Source: Styela clava (Eukaryota). Taken from it: 64,000 nt of DNA. The position numbers were made by a program, and so were the translations under genes. Below the pieces are notes generated by a model that had not been told where the DNA came from, ran no database searches, and worked only from the letters and a program-made list of their open reading frames with translations. Below are positions 37,915 to 49,751 of this stretch, one piece after another; position 1 is the first letter of the stretch, and each line of letters begins with the position of its first letter. The DNA is taken from positions 496,001 to 560,000 of the forward strand of contig NC_135263.1 of the NCBI RefSeq assembly GCF_964204865.1, written 5' to 3'.

Positions 37915-40900
37915 CTATTCAAAGTCAGAATCATCGCTGTCATCATCTCCTCCCCGAATTGTTTTCTTCTGTTTTCCGAGAAACGTTATCGGCTTTTTTG
38001 ACCCAGTTTTTGTCGAATCGGGGGGGTTCATGAGGTCCCCAGAATAGTTGATGACTTGTCCGCATCCGAGTCGCCATTCTAACATATCTGTCGAGAAATC
38101 GTCGCAGTTTCCGAGATCGGTGAAGCCGACAATGTAGTCCTGGAAGAAATTTAAAAACAGTTTCATAAGTTGCTGTTAAATGCTGAACAGCGTGTCAATA
38201 ATGACCCCAAACCTGCGTCTGGGGTGAAAAAACAGAACCTGGGCCATTTTGAACATATTCTACGACAGCGGTTCTAAAATCGGGCAATATCGCCCCTGGG
38301 CCGAAAGACAGTGATTATGACAGTTGCCGAAATCAGTGAAGCCAATGACACATTCCCGGAAAAAAGTAGTATTTTGCCATGAGACACTTTGTTAAAATTT
38401 TTGCTCAGAATGTCTACCCATGCAAATTGCTGATATGTGGAAGCCCACCCAAGTGGACAATGTAACATTTAGGATTTTTTACAGGTTCTGAACGATGTTC
38501 TCTCTACGCAAGACTCGGAGGGGTTACCAATCCAGAAAATAATGGAATCCTGTCAGTTATCACCCAATTTATTGCAACAGGACAGGAGCTAATAAAACCG
38601 TATTGACTTGTTTTATTAAATTTTATTAGCGACTAGGGACCCCCATCCCATACCCCCCTCCAAAAATGGCAAATCCTAGTCTCACAACTAGGGCTGTCCA
38701 AAATCGAATAATTTTTTGATTCGAATCGAATCGAATATTTTCGCCGAATCGAACCGAATAATCGAATATTATTGCGCAATAGTAAATCTGTCTCTATTAT
38801 TCAATAAACGCCTGCCCTTCGATGTTGTGGTAACGTATGTGCAGTTACATCAAAAGAGATCACACGCTTGTATGAACTGGTCAAAAAAATTGGAGAACTC
38901 CAAAATTTGGGTCTCGAAAACTGTTGAGTGTTAAGAGTAAAAATTGCACTATTCAAAAATTGCAATCTCAATTTTGATGGATTCAGTTTTAGTAGGACAT
39001 ATAAAGCCTGTAGATGCTATTTTAATCCTATTCACTAGTCTTTATGTTTTTTTGTGTAATTTTCAGCAAAATAATAACAACCATCAATATAGATAAAACT
39101 GTTGCTCAAGTTCAAAATTGCTTTTAAAATTCCAAGCTAGTTTGATGACAATATTATTTGAGGACTATAATATTGTTAGTGTACAACAGCCATCAAAATG
39201 CAAGAGTGCAATTGTTTGTCTTGGTATATAGATGGATAATACAGTAATGCCATCATGAGAAATTACAAATTCCATTTAAAGAAGGTATTGCCATCATAAG
39301 GATCCCAAAACACCTGTTTCAGCTTTGAGTTGCCTGTACCATGTTCCTATAATAACTAACTCAACAGCTTCAAATCGATTCTATTTATAGAACTATCGTT
39401 TTCTAAATTGTCTCCTTTTTCTCCTTGTTCTCTCTCAAAAACGTCACGATCGACTATACCTTGTTATGATGACCACGCATGAAATGGCTAATCACGTGCC
39501 ACCGGGCGGGCATTAGTAATGACATGTTTATCACAAAATGAAGGCGAGAGAAATATCGGGAAACCAATTAAGCAAGCCGGGAGCGAGAGTGGTCTGAGCT
39601 CGGAGCGCCGCCGCTTGCCCGATGAAAAACATCCCGTAAAGGTGGTTTCCGCTTTATGTACCGGTACCTAATTTTAGCGATTCGAAAATTAGCCGAAAAA
39701 CGATTCGAATAATTTGCGATTCGATTCGATTTCGAATATTTGGTTCGCTTGGACAGCCCTACTCACAACAGTAAGTTGCTAGTGAGGGCGCTTCAGAAGT
39801 ATGTGTACCAATATGGAGGTAACTAATTTTGTTCGCCTACTTCACATCAAGTTGTGTAAACTGACTGAAACTTATGGGTAGGGGGTATATTCACTTGGCT
39901 AACACAGACATTCACTGAGCTGGTAATAAAACCATAATAAGGGAAAATCGGAATAAAATTATGACCTAACGCTAACCTGGTGAAAATACTACGGGATTAC
40001 CCTAACTCAGATAAATATTCCAAACACAAACCTTAGTTTTTCCATCAATAACCAGCGCTAACGTTGGAATAACTTTTATTCTGAGTCGTTGCGTCAGGAA
40101 CGGAGCTTTCTCAACGTCCAGTTTGATAAACTTTGTCTCAAGATGTTTCCTTGAAAGAGTTTCAAGATGGCTGTCTAGGATTTTACATCTGAACAAATAA
40201 ATGGAAGTCAGTATAAAGCAGTGGTTACCAACCATATATGGCCTGTGGCCTCTTCCTGGAGGCTTTTAGCACTCATGCCCGAAATTAGGGCCAAAATTTA
40301 GAAGTGGAAGGATATTTACGGACCGGGAGAGAAGGAAGTGCCCGCAATTCCGAAAGGGGCCGATACCGGTATGATTAACTAAAATATCGGTATAATTGAA
40401 TTGTGGCGAATATGCACATGCTTTAACTGTGATAATGACGTAACAATTGGTGATAACTCGAACACAAAAAAGTACAAACATAAAGTGTCAAACTGTCTCA
40501 CGCAAGATCGGCGGGCTATATTGGATCATTACGGGCTGTGGTTGGAGAACCACTGCTCTCACCTGATAGTTAAATGACAGCCTATTAGCAATCTACAGAG
40601 GAGGCCACTCAAATGTGGATCGGGCCATAGGATGTTGACTTACCTGAATGTTGTATTCTTATAGAAATGACAGACAACCAATTTATTTTCTTTGCATTCA
40701 TCGAAGAAATCTTTCTCAGAAGGAATTTCACCCAGGACACCATGACCCTTCGCCATCCATTCCTGACAAAAATAAAACATTTCATTACTTATCGATCTTG
40801 ATCAGTAAGTATGTTGATAGGTATTTGTTTGTTTGTCTGTCTGTTTGTTTGTCTGTTAGACACTTTTGTATCTTACGCGATATCTCACGAAAGCGAGGTT

Positions 40901-42070
40901 GAATCTGCTCCAAATTTTGCATGTGCATTCATCATATCTCGAACTAGAAGCCTATTGATTTTGGATGAATTATGCCGTATAATTAGCGAGTTATTAATTA
41001 ATTAGTGATTGACACACGGTGCCGCTGTGGAGTAAGAGCGGATGATTCGAAACCGCAGTTTCTGTTTTGGGGGATCCCCTAACTTTCGATCGATTTCTCT
41101 GACCGATATTCTCGTTTCTGTGTCAGGGAGTTATTTGTAGTCATGGTTTCAACCGGCAGAGTTAATGACAGTTCGATCTTTAACCATGGCTGGAGAAGTT
41201 TTCAAGTGTGCAAACTACCATGAAATATCTGCCTAAATGCAGCTTAGTAGTTTATCAAAATTAAAGTTTCAAATATAAAATTCAACATGAAACTTTTAAA
41301 TTATTATTATGAATTAAAATTTTTTTAAATTTATGAGCTGAAAAGGATAGATTTTATCATTTTAAAAATGATTAGATGGTTCGGGGCTGGAGCCACTAAA
41401 ATGGTAAGCTAAGCTCAGCTACACCAAAATGTGACAGCTCCGTGGTTACAGACTCCGAGCTCAGATTTCCCAGTACTGCTCTTAACAGTGTTAATCGAAG
41501 TCCAAAATACTTTATACCAGTGTTCACTCGAAGGAAATTATGAGAGCAAAGGTGCCCAGCGGTTGAAAAACTTCTCTTTAGAAACAAAAATATGGCGATT
41601 TCACAATCTCTAAAAAACTGCGAAAGTGAAAAAGTGCGCTTATAGTGAACACTGCTCTACACAGAAATTGAAAAATTCAAGTTAACCGAGTGCTATTACT
41701 AGTCTTAACAATATTTTTTGAGCTTTATTAAGCGGCACGGTTTGACAGAGTGGAAAACATGGATAAACAAAGAAATAAATCCTTTATTCTTAAAAAAGTA
41801 GCAAGAAAAAAAATGAATAATTAATATAATAAATTTAGCACAATTGTTTTATTATTACAACCTAAATCCTTTTTTTTTTCAAAAACACAAAAAAATAAGA
41901 AGTCTCACTTGTCTCTGTGCCTGTGATTTCTTCATAGCCTGCATTCTCCTCTCTCTCAATTTCTCCAGATCATCGTCGTCCATTTTATCGAGACGATTAA
42001 TCTCGGCATCGAGCTGCTCTTCGACAGCTTTTGCAGCTTGTAATACTTGATTTTCGATTATTCCTTCCAT
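37915..42070 (-). CDS. TXNDC9: Thioredoxin domain-containing protein 9 (phosducin-like, PhLP3/APACD), 4 exons, 220 aa
   Basis: Exons 42070-41909 ([26 protein letters not shown]), 40762-40644 (GHG...VVCHFY), 40188-40032 (CKILDSHL...[17 protein letters not shown]...IKVIPTL) and 38139-37915 ([24 protein letters not shown]...[10 protein letters not shown]); phases are consistent. Confidence 0.95.
38689..39761. mobile_element. About 1.07-kb non-autonomous hAT element, copy 2 (TXNDC9 intron 3)
   Basis: Perfect TIR TAGGGCTGTCCAA/TTGGACAGCCCTA and perfect TSD CTCACAAC (38681-38688, 39762-39769). Confidence 0.92.
40785..41117 (+). mobile_element. DINE-1/HINE-like element, second copy (TXNDC9 intron 1)
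   Basis: High similarity to 16253-16540, including the GTTT/GTCT microsatellite. Confidence 0.65.
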
Positions 42071-43638
42071 TTTGTTAGAAAATTCGACTCAAAAAGGTTT
42101 AATTAGCGTAAAATGTTTCTATAACATACAAAACAAACATTTTAATAAAACTCTAACATCTCTAAGACAAAAATAATTGCTTATTCAAGAAGTACCAAAA
42201 ATGTTTACATTAAATACTTCATTATATTAGAATTTTGGCACCAAAATGTCAAATTTAAAAGTTACAAAACACAGCAAATTGGATTCTAGAAACTATTACA
42301 GAATAAATTAGTATTAATTCTAGAATATACAGTAAATTAGGAAAAATTACGGAAACTGAATTGAAGTTGAAAAGTTAAAATAAGATTGAACATGTTTTTA
42401 TAATTTAAAAAATAAATGTTTTAATAAAACTCTAAACTTAAAACAAAAAATGAAATGTAGGAAGTACCATACATTTCAGATTTAAATTAAAATCCATGCC
42501 AGAATAATAAGTAAAATAATGGATATTTATAAGAAAATATATTCTAAAGCATCTGATATATTTGTTTGTATGAAACATAGACCAATAACTGTTTTTGTCA
42601 AAACCAAGTTAAATCAAGCTGACTAGCAATGTTGCTAATAATGTTCCTTAAATTAAATAATACTAAAAAATTTTGATACTAAATCTGACAAAGTAAATGA
42701 TATCTAAAAAGTACAGACACAATTTTTAAAAATATATTCAGCACATTGAATGATCACAGGAATACTGTTCTGCTTTGTATTTCAAAACTGACTAAACAAA
42801 GTTGGTTTATGTTAAAAGAATTAGATATTTCGCTAAAATTACCACCGATCTGAAACTAATACAGTGAAATTAAATAAAAAGTCATGGACCAACAAAACAG
42901 TGGGATTTTAAACAGTGGAACAAAATAACAAAACAGGAAATATATATTCTGTATATATAGTCATTTCAAATCGAATAGTAAATTGTTCAAATCGATTCAG
43001 AAGAAAATTTCAGATAGCCACCATCTTGTTTTTATTGTTCGCCAAAGGTCAGGGTAAATTAGTCAAATTTTTTTTTTACAACGTAAAAAAGTAAAAACAT
43101 AAGGTGTTAAGCTATTCCACTCAAGTTGGACAGGCGATAATTGACCTGCCATGGTTTGGGAACCACTGCACTAGAACATACACAACAGTCAAACATGGGT
43201 AGGCAATGCTGAAACAGAAAGATTCCAGTCCTTCTAAAACTTTTAGTACATCATGATAAATTCATTATGCGTTTTTTGGTCTCTATTTTTTGTAAAGTTT
43301 TAACTTTACTCTAAGCGCAATTTATAAATTTCTTTCGTGCATTAGCGAATAAATATGTGATTAAGATATTGAATACTATTCATGTTATAATCCGTCCCAC
43401 CGAGGACTTCATTTTGCCACATTCGGCCCGTCAATTAGAGAAGTTCCCCACCCCTGTTCTAAACTATAGTATCCACTTGCGTATCAATAGCCAATTATAC
43501 AGAGCCTAGTTTAAAGTGGACAAATATGAAGAGGCCCTATAAAAGAAGTCAGTATTGAAGATTGGATATTAGAAGATATTAGAAATGCTGGGAGAAAGTA
43601 CAATGAGTAAGCCTGCCGACAATCACTAAAGTATATAG

Positions 43639-43971
43639 CAGAGAGGGGTGTGCAACATTTTTTGTCAGTAGGCCATATAACCAACTACAGGAATTTAGTT
43701 TTTCCATGAACACAACAAATTGAAAATTCTCACAATGGAAAGTCTATCACTTACAGTGGTAAAGGCACCGGGCAATACGGCAAAAGATTAACACAGCGAC
43801 AAGAGCAAAAAATAACACTATATATTTATTTCTATGTGAGCGCCTTTTCAAACCTAACTTTTATATTGGGATTTTATGCTTAATGATGAAATTACTGAGT
43901 AATGACAAGGGCCACCACAGCAAAAGGCTTGGCAGGTTCAGTTGTGGGCCACAAGCCGCTACACGCCCTTG
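43639..43971. mobile_element. Degenerate hAT MITE
   Basis: Flanked by GTATATAG/GTATAGAG; decayed CAG..GGGGTGTGCA/ACACGCCCTTG ends. Confidence 0.45.
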
Positions 43972-44104
43972 GTATAGAGTATTTACACATAGTTTTGGGC
44001 GTTTCTTCTTATGCACTATGAATATCTGAGACGTAGAAAAGCAAATCTATTCTGTCCAGGAAGAAATTGGCACAATCGGGCAGTCAAATCATGTTATGGA
44101 ATGT

Positions 44105-44755
44105 TTATTCTCCCCCTTCTGCTTCTTCCTGTTCGTCCAACGCTTTTTCTAACAGTTCAGTTCGGTGCTTATCTATGACTTCCATCTCTCTGATAAGCTG
44201 GGATATCTGGGTATTGATAACAGATCTGTGCTGCTTTCCTTGTCCGAGTTTTTCCATTTCGTTTAAAAATTGACGACGTTCGACAATTTCTTCCTGAATT
44301 TCCTCAAAGCGATCTTTCTGGGGGGGAGGTTCGATTTTTCGTACAATTTTCCTTTTCGGAATTTTTTCAATGTCTTCCCCGTATGCCATCATATTTGCAA
44401 GTCTTTGCTTTTCTTTGTCGAGCGATCGAATCGGCTTTGGAACAAACTGTGGGCGCTCGTACGCACCTGTTTGCTCGATTTTATCTAAAGTTCGCATGTT
44501 ACTTGATACAGTAATTCGATGAGGCTTCATTTTTGGGGGTGATCGCTTTTTCACGTCGCTCGAAGTTGGTGCGACACGGGTAGGAAGACTTTTACCCCCT
44601 TTCATTGACTCGCTTAATTGTCGTCGCTGAAAGTTAGTCAACCGTGACTCTTCCATCATGACTTTTAACAGATCTTGAGTCTCTTTGCTGTACGCAGGTC
44701 GTTCCGCTTGGCCAAACAGCCCGCCTTTCGCTACAGGCCAGCTGTTAGATGCCAT
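44105..44755 (-). CDS. C22orf23: UPF0193 protein EVG1 homolog, single-exon CDS, 216 aa
   Basis: YSKETQDLLKVMMEESRLTNFQRR...LP...PTSS; EKQRLANMMAYG; DRFEEIQEEIVERRQFLNEMEKLGQGK...EISQ-type UPF0193 motifs. Confidence 0.88.
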   Translation of the reverse strand: MASNSWPVAKGGLFGQAERPAYSKETQDLLKVMMEESRLTNFQRRQLSESMKGGKSLPTRVAPTSSDVKKRSPPKMKPHRITVSSNMRTLDKIEQTGAYERPQFVPKPIRSLDKEKQRLANMMAYGEDIEKIPKRKIVRKIEPPPQKDRFEEIQEEIVERRQFLNEMEKLGQGKQHRSVINTQISQLIREMEVIDKHRTELLEKALDEQEEAEGGE

Positions 44756-45859
44756 TTTGTTTTCAAAATTATTCAGACAGACAATAGTAATGCCTAAACT
44801 AAATTAAATCTAAATCAAACAAAAAGATGTTAAAATCAATGAACATCACTGTGCGATGAAAGTCGAATATGTTCATATTAAAGTTCAGGCCGGAATCTTA
44901 TTACCAGGGGTCAGAATTTCTGACCACTAACAGTGGTGGCAATAGAGAGCATTGGGCAGACTTGAGATTCTTAACAGGGGATTAAAGAGGGCCAAAGTTT
45001 TAAGTTTCTGTATGTTGTATTTTGGAAATGGAGTCCGAGTCGAGTTTTTAGGTTTCCTGGGTTAGAATTTCTTCCGGTGTTTAAAACCAAAATTTGGGAC
45101 TTACCATATAGAGAAGTCATGAGTTTTACTCCTAGTTTGAGAAAATAAAAGCAATCATAAAAATATCCGAAATGGACAGAGGACAAAGCACACATCACGC
45201 CAATCACAAGTGTACTGAATGAAAAAATAATGATACAATATCTCTAGAGGCTACTATGTTATTTCACAATGATTTTAAAAATTCGAAGCAGTATTGTGGG
45301 TTGGTTCAATTGCTTCGAGTCGTCGTTTTTTAACTCCTGGCATAGTGAAACACACACTATTTTTTTGTATACAAGTCTGCTCAAAGCAAGATTTCATGCC
45401 AACAACTATAAGGGAAAACAGTACTGATAAAATAATTGGAAGCTGCCCGATACTGCAACAGCTTTACATAGGATTATTTTGACAAAGATGTCAGATATTA
45501 TATTTAATCTACATTATCAGCAATAAACCCCCAAAAACCCGACCCAAACCCTGAAAAAAACTTTTGTACTAAGAGTTCCACTAATATAATAGAAAGACTT
45601 GGGAAGACCGTGGGCCAAATCCAGTCTGTTGGGCAAACTAATCTGGCCCGCCTGGGAGTTTGTTGAGATTGCGATCAAATTTAGTTTTGGTGCAAGACTT
45701 ACAGTTTCCGCTTTTGCTATTGTAACACTGTAAATATCGTTCCTAACATGTAACTTTTTATGTCACACTCACATGGCCCTTCAGTCTAGGTGGGCATAAT
45801 TTTTGGCCCCTGGTTCAAAAACTTTGACCGCCCCTGGTCTTTATTATTCTGGAAAAAAT

Positions 45860-46897
45860 TCAAAAATCCAGATCATCATCCGGATCTTCTTCATCAAAGT
45901 CATCGGCATCATCAGGTTCATAATAAATGAAACCAGATGCTGACACTCCTCTTGTTGTTTCTGAAGATGATGCGGGCTCTCCTCTTGTTGTTTCTGAAGA
46001 TAGTGCAGGCTCTCCTCTTGTTTCATCGTCCATTTTTACTTCGAGGTGCGGAGTTTTCTTGATATATGGCATCACCAGTTTACTTCTAGCTTCTTTTTCG
46101 TCTTTGCTCAAAGATAAATTAAAAGTTGATGAAACTATATTATCATCCTCCTTTGAAATGGGACTTTCCCCTCCCTGTGAAAGATCCACATCTTTGATAC
46201 GCTTCTCCGTTACCCAAGGTTTAGAGCTGATTAGTAGTCCATTTGCTATCGAGAATATTTCAATGAATTCAGTTACTTTGCCATGTTTCTTTTTGTGTAA
46301 AATTTTGCACAAATTTGATGATTTTGGAACACTGGTTTTGTCGTTTGTAGAGATGCTAGAAATTTCTTTTTCTGTGACCAAGTCAACAATATTATTCGCT
46401 AAATATTCAAAACAGTTTATCGTAGCAGAGTCGCACAAATCGCGATGTAAAAGTCCAAAAATCGAAGTTTTTCCACCTTCTTTTGAAAAATTTTGTTGAA
46501 AATGTTGAAACATAAAAGTTATTTGTTGAACATTGCAATGCCATAGGAGATTCGTAAAGGAGTCAATAACAAGAGCAACATTTTTCGACCCCGGGGAATC
46601 CCCTATTGTTTTCACAAAATCAAAATTGGCGGTTACTTTACTGGGGCTATTGAGGTCGTTCCATCCCAATGGGTCGCTCGCAAAGTCATGAATAATGATT
46701 TTATCTCTCGTTCCAGTAAAAACTTGGTCGACGAACTCAAATTGCAACTTTTCAAATAAAAATACATGGATTACATCAAATTTTTTGGCAAAATTATTCA
46801 TGAAAACATAAAATAAATCCCGACCTTGAACAGATACTTGATCAGTTAGCAATGTAAAGTCCGAAGACTCATGGCCTGATATGATTTCTGATAGCAT
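45860..46897 (-). CDS. ELP5: Elongator complex protein 5, single-exon CDS, 345 aa
   Basis: N-terminal LLTD..SVQGR, HDFASDPLGW, VIDS, LLHRDL, STFNLSLSKDEKEARSKLVMPY, and C-terminal IYYEPDDADDFDEEDPDDDLDF. Confidence 0.92.
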   Translation of the reverse strand: MLSEIISGHESSDFTLLTDQVSVQGRDLFYVFMNNFAKKFDVIHVFLFEKLQFEFVDQVFTGTRDKIIIHDFASDPLGWNDLNSPSKVTANFDFVKTIGDSPGSKNVALVIDSFTNLLWHCNVQQITFMFQHFQQNFSKEGGKTSIFGLLHRDLCDSATINCFEYLANNIVDLVTEKEISSISTNDKTSVPKSSNLCKILHKKKHGKVTEFIEIFSIANGLLISSKPWVTEKRIKDVDLSQGGESPISKEDDNIVSSTFNLSLSKDEKEARSKLVMPYIKKTPHLEVKMDDETRGEPALSSETTRGEPASSSETTRGVSASGFIYYEPDDADDFDEEDPDDDLDF

Positions 46898-47245
46898 GAT
46901 TAGAATAAAAAAAAATAAAATAAAAAACGAGATGATCAGGCAAAGTGAAGAATAAATAATCCAGTTACAACTTTAAACTTTTATTTAAATTTGTACCAAA
47001 TTATTTGAGTGATTTTATGAAGCAACTTACGATGATAAAATTGGCAGCGAATATTGGGGTATGATTACTTCTGGTTTAAATAATTTTGGTTTCAAATTTG
47101 CGATTAAAAATATAACAGTAAAATGGCATGTAATAATTGATGAATAATTATGGTCACTTTAAAATAAAATATTAATATGAAGTATAAAGCGGGCAAAGAA
47201 ATTCGAGAATTTCCTTATCACACACCAAATCTGGCAACTAAAGTT

Positions 47246-47494
47246 TTATGAATTCCTAGATCCTTCTGGTTCGTTCGTGTCTTCTGCGCTTTCTTGTAAA
47301 AATTCTTTAATCCGATCCGTTAAAGTCGACGCTTGTTGGTCTAACGTGTCGACGCACTCTTCTAGACGATTCAAAATTGAGTTCAAATTTTCTATTTCTT
47401 CTTCTGCAGCTGTATCGTTGCCGTTAGTTACGATGGTTTCGTTCGGTGCCAACTTATTGTCCCCAATGTTCTTTCCGTCACCGTCAGCTGCCAT
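47246..47494 (-). CDS. BBLN: Bublin coiled-coil protein (UPF0184/C9orf16), 82 aa
   Basis: EEEIENLNSILNRLEECVDTLDQQASTLTDRIKEFLQES resembles the UPF0184 core; first ATG at 47494. Confidence 0.75.
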   Translation of the reverse strand: MAADGDGKNIGDNKLAPNETIVTNGNDTAAEEEIENLNSILNRLEECVDTLDQQASTLTDRIKEFLQESAEDTNEPEGSRNS

Positions 47495-47756
47495 CGGCAA
47501 AAAATGAAACGTCAGACTTCGGAAACAAATTTCAATTTTTTCAAATTATTTTTAAGGCTTTTCAATGGGAGATTATCATGCTATAATTTCTAATTATTAA
47601 AAAATTAAAAACAGAATAATTAGGATTATACAGTGATGCATTAAATTAACACGTAAAAATATATTAGAAATAGCAAAAATTATAACTGTATAAAGAATTG
47701 GTGGCATAGGATTGAAGAATACAGAGGAGATAGGGCTATGCCAACTTTAGCACAGT

Positions 47757-47830
47757 TTGAGCTGGCGTAGTGGTTAGGGTGTCAGACTATTATGACATGT
47801 GAAAGATCTTGGGTTAAATTGTCAAGAATT
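47757..47830 (+). mobile_element. Degenerate tRNA-like sequence (SINE head or tRNA pseudogene)
   Basis: A-box-like TGGCGTAGTGGTT and B-box-like GGGTTAAAT; no clean cloverleaf. Confidence 0.35.
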
Positions 47831-48442
47831 ACTAAGGGTGTAAAAAATTGTGTAAGCCAGCGGTTTCTAAAGAGGGTGATTTGCTAAGTCGGCACCGAAA
47901 ATTGAACTCAAGTCAAGTTGGCAAGTTTAATTTTTCCAGTCAGTAAATAAATAAAAAATAAATGAATACGAAATATATAAAAAAAATTAAAATTACACAG
48001 TTTTGCTGGGGAAGGGAAGTCGTGAGGAACCAAAGCTGGTTATCGAGTAGCGACACCCTGCTCAACCAAGTTCCAGAGTATGAGTATAAGTTTATTTCGA
48101 CTCCATAATCAGCAATAGCCGATAAAATAATGGATGAAAACAAAAGTAACTGATTATAGAATCGGGGAAGCGAACAAAACCTCGAGTAAGGTTTGAAACG
48201 TACAGATTTTAGATGGAAAGGTATTGATAAAAGATGTAGTTCGTGTTCACTCACCCAAAAGTAAAAAAAATAGTTAAGGCACGCACGCACACACACACAC
48301 AATCATCGAGACATGATACTGCTGTACTGTCGGAAGTTTAGCAAACATGAGTGATTTTTTCAGTATTAGTGAAACCTTGCTTCACTTGACTATAAAAGTT
48401 ATTGAAATCTGACAGTGGAGATGAATCAAACAGTTACACAAT

Positions 48443-48793
48443 TTAACAATCAAGAAAATTCGCTGCCATTAAAAGTTCCAACGCAATTTCAGGGGCAATC
48501 GGGAACTCCGGCATTTCCATTGAAGTATTGCTGAAACGATATTTATAAGCAAAGTATTGACAAACTTTCGCTAAGACGTGAGAAGGAATTTCTTTAAAAC
48601 AAATCTCATTCGTCTCGTTCTCGGCGAATCTACCGGGCCCGCTCAGCATGGCTTTGATCGTCCCCGACGTCATCGCGTAGTCTCGGTTCACAATAAATTT
48701 GTGTCCATCAGATGAAACGATTCGAATATACGCAGAGTCTGGGCCTTCACAGCCTCCAAATAAATTTCCCTTGTCATATTTTTCATCCCCCAT
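48443..48793 (-). CDS. ELOC: Elongin C, single-exon CDS, 116 aa
   Basis: GGCEGPD..Y...SSDGHKF...[37 protein letters not shown]...[22 protein letters not shown]. Confidence 0.97.
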   Translation of the reverse strand: MGDEKYDKGNLFGGCEGPDSAYIRIVSSDGHKFIVNRDYAMTSGTIKAMLSGPGRFAENETNEICFKEIPSHVLAKVCQYFAYKYRFSNTSMEMPEFPIAPEIALELLMAANFLDC

Positions 48794-49751
48794 ATCTCAA
48801 AATAGTCCACAAAATCCAAAAATATGTCGAAAAACGTTAATTCAAACTGAGAAAAACCAAATTTCAAGATTTTGTCAACCGTCAAAAAATTTATCATGGT
48901 TACGACGGGGGTTCCCCAGAGATTTGACTCATGACACGCGGTAAATATATCTTCCACGTGATTTTCCATTTCAACTGTATACATTTCCATATCCGAGGAT
49001 TTTCATAACTATTTAAATAATGAAGTAATGAGCATACTTAACCGCATGGAGCACCGCGGCCTTACATCCGGTTACCAGTCTATGTCCAATGTGGGATTAG
49101 TCAACTAACTCAGCGGTTCCCACAATTTTTGTTCGTGCCGCGCCAAATTATCAGGGAAATAAAGCACCGCACGCTCAAACCGTAAATATATACTACTACG
49201 ATTAAACGAAAAAAAAACTGCAGTTTGCGGAATTGATACGTAGCAATAGAGACAGATCCTACGTAAGGGAAGGCAAATGGCATGAAAAGGTAAAATGAAT
49301 TTATCGATTTATATTCACAGCATTTAGAATAAGCAACAATTAAGGAGGAGTTCAGCATTCCTTTCGCGCATAATTAATCCTTCGACTGTTAGACTATCTG
49401 TCCAGCCGAAGCAAACAGCAGGCGGGGAAAAACAGCGGTCATCTTGATTAGATGAACGAGGAGGTAACGATAAACCAATCGCCGAGACCAGACATCTGTT
49501 AAACTATCTTCCCAAACCAGAACAAGCGGGGAAAAACAGGCCGGATTAGACAGTAGAAAATAAAATCAGTCGGTCAAAAAATCAGCAAGTACAACAGAAT
49601 GGGAAGAGATAGGAGAAATAACAAAAAGCGGTCCTGATAAGGCAGAAAAAAAACGATGATACGATGATGATGGCGGTATGAAAAATGCGTGGGGGATACA
49701 CAGACATACCAAGTAGCGAAGTAGGGGCACAGAGGAAAGAATAACCGGGAC

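Noticed and set aside
45927-46499. 190-aa plus-strand ORF
   Set aside because: Antisense shadow of ELP5; similar shadows overlap EVG1, NDC1 and the transposase.
47757-47830. Functional tRNA gene
   Set aside because: Degenerate B box and no convincing acceptor or T stems.
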